Origin: Leptogorgia sarmentosa
Lineage: Eukaryota
DNA: 64,000 nucleotides
Direction: 5' to 3'
Assembly: GCA_964658305.1 (NCBI GenBank)
Contig: OZ210886.1
Location: forward strand, 248,001 to 312,000
Under the pieces are notes generated by a model, which saw nothing but the letters and a program-made list of their open reading frames with translations, was not told the DNA's origin and made no database searches. The number at the start of each line of letters is the position of its first letter. The stretch's first letter is position 1. Shown piece after piece: positions 13,901 to 27,718 of the stretch. The position numbers and the translations under genes were made by a program.

Positions 13901-15141
13901 CATCACGTTTTACACCCTCGCATCACGTTTTACACCCTCGAATCACGTTTTACACCCTCGCATCACGTTTTACACCCTCGAATCACGTAGCGTGGTTTGT
14001 ATTTTATAAAAGCTTGAAACGTCACAATATCATGATCTCTGTTTGTCCTATAACTTTGTATTTTGTATTTGTAAGAGAGGAGTAAAAATTCAAAGCGCAG
14101 GCTATGCGCCAATAAAATATAAGGCATGCGGGTAATTGATTAGTATAAGCGATGGATCAAACACTTCCGGGGGGGGGGGAGTCCGTTCGTTAGTAGTCCA
14201 TGGTTAATTGAACATTAATTTTTTTGGTATTTGTTTTCATGAATTATTAACTCTTATGTGATAATGCATGTAAAGTGGTTATTCCCTGACAACTTTCGTC
14301 CTAGGCACGGATTAAAGTACATTTTTAATCTGTGACTTGGGGCATGAAAAGGTTGGGTCTTCAGGTGGTCTTGGGAACCATAAAGCTAAAAATGTAATGT
14401 GATATTTTTCTAGACTTTCTGTTGAGTGAATTAGTCCTGCATAAAGATATAAAAGTCATGCAGCGCGACACATCATGTTCTTGTTAGAGCATGATTGTTA
14501 CTAATACATAACGTGCGCGCACATATGCGTTTGTCAGCAACAATTTATATCAGAATACCATATCGGGAAAGCTGATGCGAGAATACTTACATTACATTTC
14601 ACAAGAACTGCCGAAATGTTAAATTGTTTTTACTAATTATCGCGGTTTTGCGATAGCTTAACACAACAACAATCGGTTGAAAATCTGTTTACACCCAAAG
14701 TGTGCAAATATCAACAGAAAATCTACTTTTTTCTAATGGTATTTCTTGTGATTCTCGCCTTCTCGGTATACAAAAATACCTCTGATATTTATATTTTGGC
14801 ATACTTTCAAAAACACCGCACATAACCCTGATTGATGGTGTTCAATAATTAAACATGGGTTGTTGTTGGACTAGAAATGTAATATAATGCAAAAAGAAAA
14901 AGAGTGTTGAAAATCGACATAACAACACAAAATCCCAAATGGGTAATCTATATACAATTTACAAAAGAAACGTGAAATATTTCTTTAGAAATTGTTTTGA
15001 ACATAAGTGATAGTCATGATTTTTGCAGCAATTGTCATGAATGAGCAAAAAAAAATACACAATATTGGATTTATTTGTGTTAGTCTAAAAACGTTATTCC
15101 CTTTCCTAGCCTGCAATTCTTTGGGAGGAGTTCTGACCTTT
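10999..15141 (+). repeat. Tandem segmental duplication (copy 1 ~10999-12799, copy 2 ~12810-15141)
   Basis: Near-identical sequence from TTAACATGAGCATACAGGG to GGAGGAGTTCTGACCTTT occurs twice. Copy 2 has an extra ~500 bp (13702-14203) and small indels. Confidence 0.95.
13897..13988 (+). repeat. 20-bp minisatellite, ~4.6 copies
   Basis: CTCG(C/A)ATCACGTTTTACACC repeated head-to-tail with no spacers. Confidence 0.95.
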
Positions 15142-18100
15142 GGCCTAACTAAACCATCGCGAAATCAAGATTTCTTGCGAATTTACGTTTTTAGTGTTTG
15201 TTGATAGTTAATTCTACCTCCTGGCGCAAACAGAACGTATTACAAACTATTTATAGAATATATATAATTCTTTTTAATTACATTCTGGTACAGAACTTTC
15301 TACTAATTGCTTAATATTTCCGTTTTACGCTGGTGGTTTTTGTTTTGGACCATATTTGGATTTATTTCTCTCTTTCTTCTGAATAATAAATAGAATGCAG
15401 GTGTGTCTGTTAATGGTGACGCAGTGTTTGTATATTTGAGCTTTTTGTTTGTGTCAGCATGAAGAAATATACCTGGCAATATAGTATGATCTAGTGGATA
15501 AGATTATAGGACCCAGATGCTGATATATTTCGTCGTGTGATGTGAAGCAGAAAAATGTGGCATATGGATTGCGTTAAAATATTCTCTCCACTGTCCTTGA
15601 CCTATGTGGCCAATACTTTTATTAAACCGTACCTATAACTAGACCTTTTTTATAATTCATGGAAACATCGCAGTAAATTCAAAATAACTTTATAACGGTC
15701 AAAACAATGGCTATTTGAATTATGGTTACGTATACCCTGCTTGTAGTAAGTAGCCATCGCTATTCTTGTAATGATATAGCTTTTATCATATCTAAGTGAA
15801 TGGGTTTAATGTTTGAATTTTAGCAAAATCATTCTGATCTCTTGCAAACACTATAACCATCTTAAAATTAATACTGAATATATATTATTAAAGAAATTTC
15901 AGAAATTGAACATTGCTTTCCATAGACAAACGCAATATTTTGGCAAAATATTCAGATTTAGTGTATATACACGTTTGGGGTGAGTGCAGAAATATCAGGT
16001 TTTTCTAGTTACGATCAAGCCCTCAATGCAGGCTATGATGCATGCATGGCATTTAGTTTCAAATAAACACTTATTTTCGGTGTATTATCGTTGTTCATAG
16101 TGCATTTCCTTGCTGAATGAGGACAAAAAAGATATTCTCTTTGTGTTGCCGCTAATAATTTAATTGTCGCTACAATATGTGGAAATTTCAAAACGAGCTC
16201 AAATTAAGATGCCCAATCTGCAAGCTTCGATAAATTATATAGCTGTAATTTTTATCACCTGCTTTTTTTTCTCCCCATACTATAGTCTAGCACGTAAACG
16301 CTGCTCAATGAGAGATTGCTCTCCAATTTTTGAAAATTTGCTTTATTCCATAACAGTCTGTTAGTAAACATTTTAATTTTCCCCATGCAGGTTTGGGAAA
16401 GACGAGACGCGGAATTGTGTTTTTAAGGCACTTGAACAGCTATGAGAGACAGTTTGGCACCGATCATTATCTGAGATATCAGAGATATTGGCAAACTACC
16501 GCTCAACAAAATTTTATTGTCCATAGTCATACAGCGCTATAGGGTGCAGGATTGGCATAATAGCGGCGGCATATTTGCAGTTTTGCCTTCCCTTTTCGTA
16601 TGAATTAACCCTAATATAATGCAAGCCAGCATTCTTTTCTGTCTAAAATACGATGTCATCCTTGTCTCTGCCTATATGTGGGTTTTACAAAGATATATCA
16701 AGAAATATTTGCACATTGTGGACTTGGAGGTTTATCGGCTTCGTCCAGGTGGGCCTTGGGCTTTCTGATAATGAGCAATGATTATTCAACCTTGCTTGCA
16801 TGACCTTGATTGCGAATGGAATGCTTTATATTTCGAAAAAGATCTTAATGTATTGGTAGGACACATGAAAAATTATTTTCCCATGATGTGCAATCTCGAA
16901 ATCGTTTACAATTTGATCTTTAAAGGAGACGATGCGTCGGTGATTAACGCAACATGAGTGTTAACGAGTTTAATGTCAGGATCTAATTTAGTGCTAACAT
17001 ATATTCTATTTTACTGCTGACATTATGGGGTCATTCACAACTTGCTAATTAAACGTTCATACTGCTCAAGCAAACAGTAATAATGTTTTCAGGCAGTACA
17101 AGGTGATGAAGATGATTTCTGAACAGGAAATTGTTGTGATGATCGTAACATCAATATTGGTTCACACGATGTTTAACTAAAATTTCTTTCTTTACCTTAA
17201 AACTATATGCATTTTATCTGTGAGTCGCTTCACTAGAATAAAAGTAGCTGATGATTGTTAAAATATAATTTCTAAGATACCAATTTCCGTGATACTAGGA
17301 AGGATTAAATTCAACCTATTCCATATAAGCGGAGCTCATTAAATTTTAAAATTTTCAGAATTTAATTTTAAAATTTTAAAATTAACTACGGTTGAATATT
17401 AGGTTTTTGACTCCAATAAGTTCTTCGGAAGAATTTTTTGGGGAAAATTTTATTTAAATATTATTTTGCACACGTCATCTCAGTATTTGTATAAGACCAT
17501 TAGGTTACTGTAAAGATTGATTCTAATCTGCTGTTGTTGTTTCAATTTACAGTTATTATCCCGAAAATAAACTGTCTTGGTTATTATTGTTTTTATGCAT
17601 TATGTTTATGCAGCACCTCATTTTGTCTCGTGCTCTTTTGTCACCTGTGAAACACCTCAGTGTGGATGCCAATATCTATGTAGGTGTTCCCGTCATTTTC
17701 GTGCATTTAACTCATCCCCTCGAAACGATGATTTGTGTAATTTGTCATCGGTCGATAGTGCATGAGCTTTAAAGAGACAAAGATAGCTAATTTCGTATCT
17801 TGTCAAGACGCGCATTCCTAACTGTTTTAGCTTGCATGCATGGGCCACCGGTTAAGCTACAAACAAGTTATACTAATTGCTCTAATTGAAAACTCTTTAT
17901 CTCTTGCTTTGGTATGATAATTTGAACAGCGGGAAGAAACCCCAGGTCTTCTTGATTTAAGCTCGTGTTTGTTGTGTATGTTTGTTTTAACTCCCATTTA
18001 AACACAGTTCGGGTAAAAATTTTCCCCAAACACATTGGTTTGCATTAAGTACAGCATTTCTATGAACACGCTTGTTAAATTTATCAGTTCGGCGTTGTGC

Positions 18101-18511
18101 GCAAGAATTGATGGCAACAAGATTATTTTCGGTCTCCTAAATATGCAAAGTTCACAATTTCTGTCGGCAGCACAGCAGCTGTTTCGTTTTGATAAGTTAC
18201 CACAGCTTCAACCGGGCGTTGCGCGCACTTCTGTGCTGGTTTTCCGGACGCTTGTATTTGCGCAACCCAACTTACTAATAGAGTAATACCTTCATTTACA
18301 CAATTTGCGCAATCATGCCATTGCCCTGGTGCACTCGAACGCCCTGTTTGGTACTTGTGTGTAAAGATCGACGTCTTGTCTGACATGTCAGTCTATTCTG
18401 GCATGTTTTCGCAGTCAAGATATATCAAAGATATATCTGTGTTCTCACCTCATACACTATCTCTGTTCATAGCATGTTTGAAATCAGATATTTTGTGGGA
18501 TGCTAATGACC

Positions 18512-18518
18512 TATATAA
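18512..18518 (+). promoter_or_regulatory. Probable TATA box of the bHLH gene
   Basis: TATATAA about 97 bp upstream of the ATG at 18609. Confidence 0.55.
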
Positions 18519-18608
18519 GGCCGAAGCTGCACTCCCTGCCAGTCCGTTATACATTGCATCAACTTGCCGTGTTCATTCTTTTTAGAAATCACAGACGTTT
18601 ACAGTACA

Positions 18609-19124
18609 ATGGCGGAGAGTATATTTGATACAGCGACGTTTGATTTTACATTGAAAGTTGAAAAGCCAGATGATTTATTGGTGAGCGCAAGCGATGATAA
18701 CGGAAAGCAACGCAAGAAGCGCAGAAGAAAAGCAAGGCTCACAGGTCTCAGTCAACAAAGACGATGGGCGAACGAGCGAGAGAGACATCGTACAAGGCGC
18801 GTGAATGATGCGATTTACGCTCTACGCGACCGGCTGCCGGATTTCCTCAATCCGCTTCATATAAAGCTCTCAAAAATGGAGACAATTTGTTTGGCGATCA
18901 GGTACATCCGTCAACTGAAAGACATGCTTGAAGAAGATGATCGCAGCCGCAGTTCCAGTGACTTTGAAGGTATCGACACTGATCTCTCGCCACAGCTTTC
19001 CAGTGATTTCTCGACCGATGGAGATTTCGAAGAATTATTCAAAATGGACACTTCATTTCTGTTACCAAGTTCTCCGTCGTCTGATCTTCTAGATATTGAT
19101 GATACAGAAGATGTGTTTTGGTGA
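18609..19124 (+). CDS. Intronless group-A bHLH transcription factor (atonal/twist superfamily, family unresolved), 171 aa
   Basis: Basic region QRRWANERERHRTRRVN, helix 1, loop ending KLSK, helix 2 METICLAIRYIRQL. Upstream basic NLS RKKRRRK and an acidic Ser/Asp-rich C-terminus. First ATG lies downstream of a TATA box. Confidence 0.9.
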   Translation: MAESIFDTATFDFTLKVEKPDDLLVSASDDNGKQRKKRRRKARLTGLSQQRRWANERERHRTRRVNDAIYALRDRLPDFLNPLHIKLSKMETICLAIRYIRQLKDMLEEDDRSRSSSDFEGIDTDLSPQLSSDFSTDGDFEELFKMDTSFLLPSSPSSDLLDIDDTEDVFW

Positions 19125-20936
19125 TTAAACATTTCATTTCATATATAGTCCACTTTTATACAACATTAAGGACATATTCACGACGCGAACATTCCGAAAT
19201 TTCCACATTTATACTTGTTTTTTATATATATATAGCTAGTTAGGGGGTGGGTGTATGAGTTGCGAAACTGCCAAACACAAAATGAGTGAACTTTGCAGTG
19301 TGACGGATGAATAAAACAATTCATTGCTCTCCAAATTTTCTTTGGAAAAAGATCAACAAATCAAGAGATTGCCATGGTTATTTTCCATTTGATGCTATTG
19401 TTCTGTCCCTCAAAGCAAATTTTGAAAGTAGTTGGAATTCAGCTAATACAGATTATCACAAGAAAGTAATTACTTGATCCAGTCCACGCTTCTCAACTTG
19501 AGTGCAGACAGTTGAGTGACAAGGGCAGTTTCGTTCATACATCTATTCCCTTATTTAATAGATATAGAGATGCACAATTCCATTGGAAACCTACACGTCT
19601 TCAGTAAGGAGAGTTGCACATTTGAACTTTAGAAGTTTGCATGACACTTTAAGTGGACTCGCGCGTTCTTGTTGACTATCTGAACGGATGCCATATCTAA
19701 GTACGCATTCAGCTTGATGTAAAAACGTCCCACGAACGTACCTCACGCCTCGTTTAGACACTAAGCACGTCCTTCTGAATGTAACGCACGCAATAAATGG
19801 AGTATCCGTGAATTTATGCTGAAAGCGCTTGTAAATAGATCATAGAAATATCTTTTGCGGATTATAGGAATTTTTTAATAATCGAAATATTTTTAGAGAT
19901 GTATTAAAATAATAAAGAGGTATCTGGGCTATAATCCGCTTCGACGCAAAATATTCAAATTATGCGCTCTGTGGATTAGAATTCCGGCGCTAGTCTAGTC
20001 TGAATTAATAAAAGTTGAGAAAATGATGTTATTGTGATTTGAACTCTTAGCCAATAATAAATATTTGCTTTCACTGTTTGTTTGCGCACTTAATAAACAT
20101 TGAAAAATATCCGGTGCAGTTCCCAACCTAAAGTGCAGTTCTTCTTTCCACATATTTCGCTTTACAGTTTGCACAAAATAAGTTTTGCAAATACAGTTAC
20201 TCAATTATCAACCTCGTTTGTTCAATTCTTCGAAAAGATTGAATAATTTGTCTGAGGAAGTTTAGTCACATTGTTTGGCTTTTGAAAATAGATCTTGAGC
20301 TTAAACAAACAAGACAAAAAACTAGAGAAGACGGATCTTTAAGTTAATTTGTTTTTCTTTACAAATTAATCTCGCTTTTTGTGTACATTTCATCAACACG
20401 TTGACATCCTGAACGCACGGCACGGCACGGCACTGCGAGTTTTTATTGCAGTGAAAATAAATATTGAAATGACAGTCGAAGAGAGTACATAGTGTTTTAT
20501 TGCTGTGAAAATACAAAAATGACAATCATCCGCTCGAGTAAGAAGAGGACTTGACGGTTACAAGATGGTAGCAAAATTCCGAATCAAATATACAAAATAC
20601 AAACAGCTCGTATGGCGTACAAGACCGTGAGCACTTCCGTCTGCAAATAATTCAGAAAAGCTACAATTGCATTGTTTTCATGTGAGTACTATCAGATTTT
20701 TCATTTCATTTTATGTGGGGTATGTTTAATCCCATGCACGTAGCCCAAACGAGGTTAATCCGCAGCACCAATTAAGGTCGAATTCAATCGACACCCATTT
20801 AAAAAATGAAAGTGGAGGAATTTGCACGTGTGTAAAAAGATTTTAACGAGAGTGAGTTAACACATAATTATTCGTTTATTCTATCAAAGAAAAGCAATTT
20901 GAAAAGAGTACATAATGATTTTGAAGAGACCCTGTA

Positions 20937-21522
20937 CAGGGTGTCTCAAAAAAAAGGTAATCCAACTTTGGCATGCCATTGTGCGTTAATTACTGGGTGT
21001 ACGAACGTGATTTTTGCATGGTCATAAAGATCAAGGTCTTAGCAGTTGAATGACATATTTCTTGTACGATATGGAAGAAAATCAGGCAAATGCGAGCGTG
21101 TTGAAAAATCTCGGTGAAAAACGCATTCTTTCACCTCTGAGAATTGCAGCTAAACTTATTCAAAATTAACTCCCTCTGGGACTCGAAGATGACGACCTTC
21201 CCTTCAACAATCGACCTGATTATGCATAATTATTAATAATCCTGATAAAATCTTTGTTACCATGACATATTCGTGAATATTCGCATATTTCTTTTGTTAT
21301 GCACTGCTTTAATTAGGCACAGAGGTGAAAGAATGCGTTTTTCACCGAGATTTTTCAACACGCTCGCATTTGCCTGATTTTCTTCCATATCGTACAAGAA
21401 ATATGTCATTCAACTGCTAAGACCTTGATCTTTATGACCATGCAAAAATCACGTTCATACACCCAGTAATTAACGCACAATGGCATGCCAAAGTTCGATT
21501 ACCTTTTTTTTGAGACACCCTG
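20937..21522. mobile_element. Tc1/mariner-type foldback MITE, 586 bp with ~203-bp TIRs
   Basis: TA|CAGGGTGTCTC...GAGACACCCTG|TA. Left arm 20937-21139 is the near-perfect reverse complement of 21320-21522. TA target-site duplication. Confidence 0.92.
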
Positions 21523-24500
21523 TATAAGTAAGACATACATATGGTCCAGAAAGTAGACAGAAGGAACCGAACGTGTTGTGATTTTGCTCCAATATTGTAC
21601 TTTCTCAAAAAAGTGTTCTGATGAAATGATGAACGCGGTTATAGCGTCAGGCTGGAACGTATATCACGGGGGGGGGGGGTTCAACGAGATAGAATCACCA
21701 GCTGGAGGTCAAAAATTCTACTGAGTTGTGTTTGTACCATTTATCACATGTGGTTAAGCCAGCGTGACAATTTGGTCGTGCTATGCAGTTATCATAATTC
21801 ATTTCTTTAGAAATTTAATATTGGTTATCTTTGAGCACAGACACAGGGTGAGTAAAAAAACCTGAAACATTAAAAAGTTAGCCAAGAAGCTGTTGCTGCA
21901 ATTCAACAATAATATACATCTGCTCGAGTGCTCTGAGTAAGTTTTTCGTGCAATTAGAATGACTTGAAGCTCCACAGGGAATTGATATCGTCTGTTTATT
22001 TGACATGCTTCGATATTCAGGCACGTCGGTGCGATTAAATGATGAAATGCAGCTAATTTGAATTTCAAAGATATCAGTTTTTTCTGACTCACCCTGCATA
22101 GTTATGACCAACGGGCAGGCTACGTTCCTGATCACATATAAGTGTAGTGAATAATTATGAAACAAAAATCTACTGTATGTTTTTCGCTTGAGCTGTTCAT
22201 CACGAACGCTTCAAGCTATATATACTGTATATATACGTTTTTCGATTGAGCTTTGCAGAACGTGAATTGAGTGAATTCTGCAGTTATTTCTGCAATTCTG
22301 AAATATGGCAGAAATAGGATACTGTTGAGACGTCTGAAGAGAAAATAAAGATGGTTATTCAAAAAACCTATTTTGCACTTGATAGCCAGCCAAGCTTTTG
22401 TCAACAGGCAAAGTGGAAAGATGAAATACCTTACTGTCACTGACTGCAATAGAAGTAAGATGGTTAAAAGCAACTACCTCAATACGGTAACTGTACGAGT
22501 TGTGATAAAATCTTAGTCGTTGGCATTGTCGTCTGAGTTACATTCCTACATACCACAGGGATTAGATTATGTAGTATTCATAGTTTAAACCAAACTTCTG
22601 GACGATGATAACTTTGACCCCGAAATACTTAGACGCTTTCTATAACTATCGATAGCCGATAGGGCTTCTCATATCAAAAGGTCGGGTAACGTTCGCCAAT
22701 GTCAGACTCAACCCTGCGGCCTAGGCTGTATCTCCAAAATGATATACATCATGGCCCTATAGATACGTCACCAGAATTACAAGAGACAGCTTACTTACAT
22801 CATACACTTAATCAATTTCATCTCCATGCAGTTTGCTCATTATACTGTAATTCAAAAATGTACAAATCCACATAAGCATCGCCCCAGGTAAATCAACGTG
22901 GAGAATATGATTAAAACAATTATAGCATTACGAGAAAAGTGGCGTTGAGATAAATAGATAAATTCAGTTACCATTGAGAAATATCGAGAATTTTAAAAGA
23001 GATTTTGGATTTTCAAGGGAATTTTTATGAGATCTTGCGAATTTATTAGAAACTTTTTGGATTTTGTCATTCTTAGTAGGTTTTTCTAGACTTTTGGGGA
23101 TTCTCAGGATTAACGGATCTTGGGATTATCTTGGGATTTCTTCGGAATATTTTGGTATGTTTGAACGAGGTTGATAGATAACGTATATTTTCATAACGTA
23201 TGTTTTTTACAAACGAATTAAATTACCAATGGAATGATTAAAAGTACAATAATTTAAGAGAATATTCAGATTTGGTGAAATGAAATGAAATAAAACAAGT
23301 TTCGTTTCAATCGTTTGCCTAAAGTGTTATTCTTCTTTATCTTATATATTCTTTGACGAGAAACAGCCATATGCTGTACTCGCGATTTTGTCAAAAAGAA
23401 AACATTCAACTAAGATAAAACGCTGTCTCTGTAAGCCATATGTAATATCAGCGATTTTGCATACCATAACAATATTGTTTTTTTTTACGTATCAGCGAAC
23501 GACAACTTTGACTGAATTAAACACTTGTTGAAGTTTAAATTAAATACGGCACGGAAGGTATTCAATTTTAATCATCATTATTTCGGGAGTCGAGAAAGCT
23601 AAACATATTTAGACACTCTTCTTATCAGCGGTTCTACGTCAATATTTGCCGTTTTTCTTTTATATTAACGCCGGAAATCATTCGCTCCTACTTGGCTATT
23701 TTAAAGCACAACTATTATTCTCGAAAATCTCTTAATTAAAGACATTTTAGACCAGCGCACACCTATATAGAGACCTCACCAAAATTTGACGTAAAATAAC
23801 AACCAGTCAACTCGGCTCTTTAAACCTATTGAAAATGGAGGACTCGATCTACATGAAGACAATTTTGAAAAAATGCCAAAACCTCCGATCGCAGTTCGAG
23901 TGGTGTAGTTTGTCAAGATATGATAGTATGGGCGCCCGACACACTTCAAAGCAGAAGGCAAAAAACATAATAAAGATGTTTAACCTTAGCTCATCACCGC
24001 ACATATACTAATTGTGCGGTGCTTTATTGACTGGGTGTATAAAACATCGCAATCCTATAGGTTAGAATAGAAATTCAAGAAAGCAAAAAGATAGGCAATC
24101 GGCAAGCTATCTACCGTTTAATTCAAAGCACTACGATTTAGCTTTATTAAAAATAATGATTGATCAACATGTTAAGATTGAGGTACTACGTTCTGACGAC
24201 TTAGAAGATGAACTCGTTGAGTTTATAAATAGTTCTTTCTCAAATAATGGACGCAATGACACATTCAAATGATTCAATTGTCGACCACATTCAATAATTG
24301 TTTAATATTTGCCTACATAGCTAATTCGAAAAAGTTTTCCTTCAAAAATCAAACTCCAAGTGTGCAAGGGATGATGGGTTTTGCTTATGTAGAGCCTGTG
24401 TAAACGTAGCATTATTCTGCTGAGACAAAATAATCAAATTCATTTAAAATTTCCTCTCATTCTCCCACCTATAAGATGTGAGTGAGTTCAGTTTTGGCTA

Positions 24501-26107
24501 ATCATTCCGGCTATAGAATTTTCACGAGAGATGAAATACACTGCGAATTTCGCTCGTGTTAATATGTTATGTATAACTAACATCACACTATAGCTATACG
24601 TGCAGTGTCTAAGTCTGCACTTTCTACTGCACGATTAGAATCAATTAGATAAGATATAATAATAAGTAAGCCAGTACAAGTGTTAATATACACGAATTGC
24701 ATTAACTCGATGACCGTTCCTGAATCAATATATTTTCCAGGTTATTGGCTATCAGTGTAAAATTCTGCAATGCCAGATTCCAAAATTCCCACAGAAATTT
24801 AACATGCTGAGCTACAGTATATTTTAATTAGTCTAATAATGCATGAATCCATGGGACTATGCATTAAGTTTGAAATAATATTCCCACACTATATATATGG
24901 AGACTGCTCAGTTGTTTGAAGGTTTTCACAATGTGGTGGACGAGAAGGATGAAAGTTGTTTCTGAAAAACTTGATCCAGTGGTTACTGGTAGTCTGGTTC
25001 GTCGTCTTTACAAGTAGATACGAAGAGGATAACCTTGTGTTTATGCCATATATAGTGTAGGTATAATATGATATTGTTTAGTTTCAAATTTCAGGTTCTG
25101 TAAGATTACATTCTACAACTATAACTACAACTGCAAGCACGCAGCAATTTCGGGGCGACATTTCAGTGAAATTTTCTTTATACAGGATAGGCAAGGTGTG
25201 AGGAATTCATAAAAGACTAAATCAGGGGTTTATCAATCCCACCGCCCAAGAAAATTAATTTCCTTCACTTTCAACATATATAGCTGATTTTCTTACTGTT
25301 TATCATGAAAATAACATTTTCCTGAAGCTATAAGCAATGGCGACAATTGCCTGTAATCAGAAACTCAAATTTGCTGTCCCAATTCCACTATCATTTTATT
25401 TTACATGCAAGAAAAACCTGTTTCCCTGGATGGAAACGTCGATTGAATACAGTTTTGAAAACCCTCCTATAAGAGAGGGGTTATGGGAGATTACGTAAGG
25501 TATAGTTTTCCGAATTGTTGTTGAACCAAATGGTTCATATATATCTACCTATATGTAGCTATAAAAGCTGATGAGCTGTAGCGTTTTGACTAGATTTCTC
25601 AGTGCATGCAAGTAAGATTTACAGCTGCTGTATTTGGTTGAATTAATGTCGGTCTTGATAAATTTTCAGAAACTGACTAAAGACTAAAGTTCGATTGAGA
25701 GAAGATGTAATCACATTGTATACATTTCTATATATATATATATATATATCATTATTATAATGTCGGCAATGATTGATATGATATAGTTCACAAACTGTCA
25801 ACTGACCTATTTTGTATTATATCGAAAATAATCCAGCCAGATTTATAAATTGAGAATATATTCTGTTAATATATCCATTCGGCTACATGAAAATGCATAT
25901 ATATTCAGTTACTTGGAAAAAACATATTAATTAGGGCTATTTGCGGTTATTGATACCTTTTTTATTAATTTCATCTAAAATTAAAATTCGATATTTTTGT
26001 CTATGAGTTCAAGCTGCAAAGCTTTATCAATAAGGTTTCTAAGGCATTTAATTGCCTTCATATAAAATTCATGTCTTTCCTGTATTTGTTTGATCATCAG
26101 TGTTCCT

Positions 26108-26125
26108 CAGCTGGTTGCTTTCCCA
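26108..26125 (+). promoter_or_regulatory. Candidate PTF1-RBPJ composite site (E-box plus TC-box)
   Basis: CAGCTG-gttgc-TTTCCCA matches the one-helical-turn E-box/TC-box arrangement bound by the vertebrate PTF1 complex. Lies ~5.6 kb 3' of the PTF1A stop codon. Confidence 0.4.
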
Positions 26126-27649
26126 CCAAGGCAAAGGCAGTTTCTTTCGATACTTTGATTAAATTTATTTTAATGATAGTTGTTTTGTTCGATATCATCT
26201 TAAATCATTTAGTATAAAGAAAAAAAAACGAGTCGTCACTTTTCTTTGAATCATTATTCGTCTTAAATATCAAGAAACATATTTCATTTTTTTTAGTAAA
26301 CATATCAATTTCAAGCTCCTTTGTTTCCTAAAGCACTGCGCATAAATTTGGACTAACAAGCTGCCGCTTGATACCGCCCGAAGAATAGGAAGTCATTGTT
26401 TCTCCTTCGTAATATTATCGAGTATACATTCTAATGAAGACAAAAATATAAATAATTGGAGACTGGGAAAGATAACTTAAAAAATCTTTTTCTAAAAATG
26501 CCCTAAATCCAGTTTTGCAGATGCGAATTGCGTTTTCGAGATGAAGCCATTTAGGAGTTTTGTTTTTGCAGTTAATCACCTTCACCTAGTTAGGTCTCTT
26601 CTTTATGACTCTTATACTGACAAATGTTTTGGCTCTCACTTCCCACTTGATTGTGTCAGTTTAATTGCGCGTACATTCTGACGCCAATAAGTTCTGTTGA
26701 TTCTATATAGCACCTCATAGAGAGAAACAAGGATTTTATCATAATCTAAAATGATTATTATGATTAGACTCAAAACAACCATATAACCTCTGACATGAGT
26801 ACATACAATTTCTTACTATTTTCAATGATTTAGATTATATACTACTAAGTTCACTGCCCTGCATGCATATCAGCAATCTGAACGTAAAATATTCACCAAT
26901 TTACATATCCAGTACGCAGAGCACAAAGCCGAAAACCATATGCAATTAAAGTGTCTATGATGTGTTTACTTTGAGTCAAGTTTCTTTGTTCAGACAATTA
27001 ATGGCCTTTCTGCAACTTCAGATTTGGAAAGCGACGTTTGAAACACACGTGCGGAATTCTCACGCTCGTTGACTGCCTGTGTACTCACACTACTTAAACG
27101 AAAAAACATTGTTTACTTTTAAAGCTATTCAGTTCGATTCTTTGTTTTAATTACTTTACGAAAAAGATACTCTATGGCTTTTGTCAGCCGGCGTCTAAAT
27201 TAATACAAATATTCGCTTTACAATGGAGCTATAGCAGCAAAAGCTTTTAGACGATTTATTCAGCTGGACGATTTTACAAGTTAGGTTTAGGCTCATAATA
27301 GGGAAGAATTAATGAGAGAGTTTGTTACCATTTCGACCGGGATTATAGGTTAGCAATATTGGAAGAACAGCAAGTTGGATTAGGGTCGCGGCTGTATATT
27401 AGCCATGGAGCCATTTACACTCCACCCTCTTTCTAATTACCCTCCATTCCAAAAGCATTGAAATAAAATAAGTCTCAAAACCTGCTAAATTATAATATTC
27501 AATGTTTATTGTAGTCAATCCTGTAGTGTGTGAAACTCTCATTGAAATGGCTTAAGAATGGTCAATTCTATGAAAATTTCCACTATAAATTAATTGTAAT
27601 AAAAAGTTTTAATTAAAACCACCATACAGCCTTCTTTGTCGCTTATTTC

Positions 27650-27718
27650 ACTCACTAGGAATCGAACCTGTCCAGAAGCTCTTAATGTACACACCTTACT
27701 CGAATAGACCATCGTGCA
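27650..27718 (-). pseudogene. Degenerate tRNA-derived sequence (tRNA pseudogene or SINE head)
   Basis: Minus strand reads GCACGATGGTCTATTCGAGTAAGG...GACAGGTTCGATTCCTAGTG: an A-box-like TGGTCTATTCG and a perfect B box GGTTCGATTCC at tRNA-like spacing. No convincing anticodon stem. Confidence 0.45.

Noticed and set aside
13897..13988. Regular short repeats resembling a CRISPR array
   Set aside because: Units are contiguous with no unique spacers, there are no cas genes, and the context is eukaryotic. It is a minisatellite.
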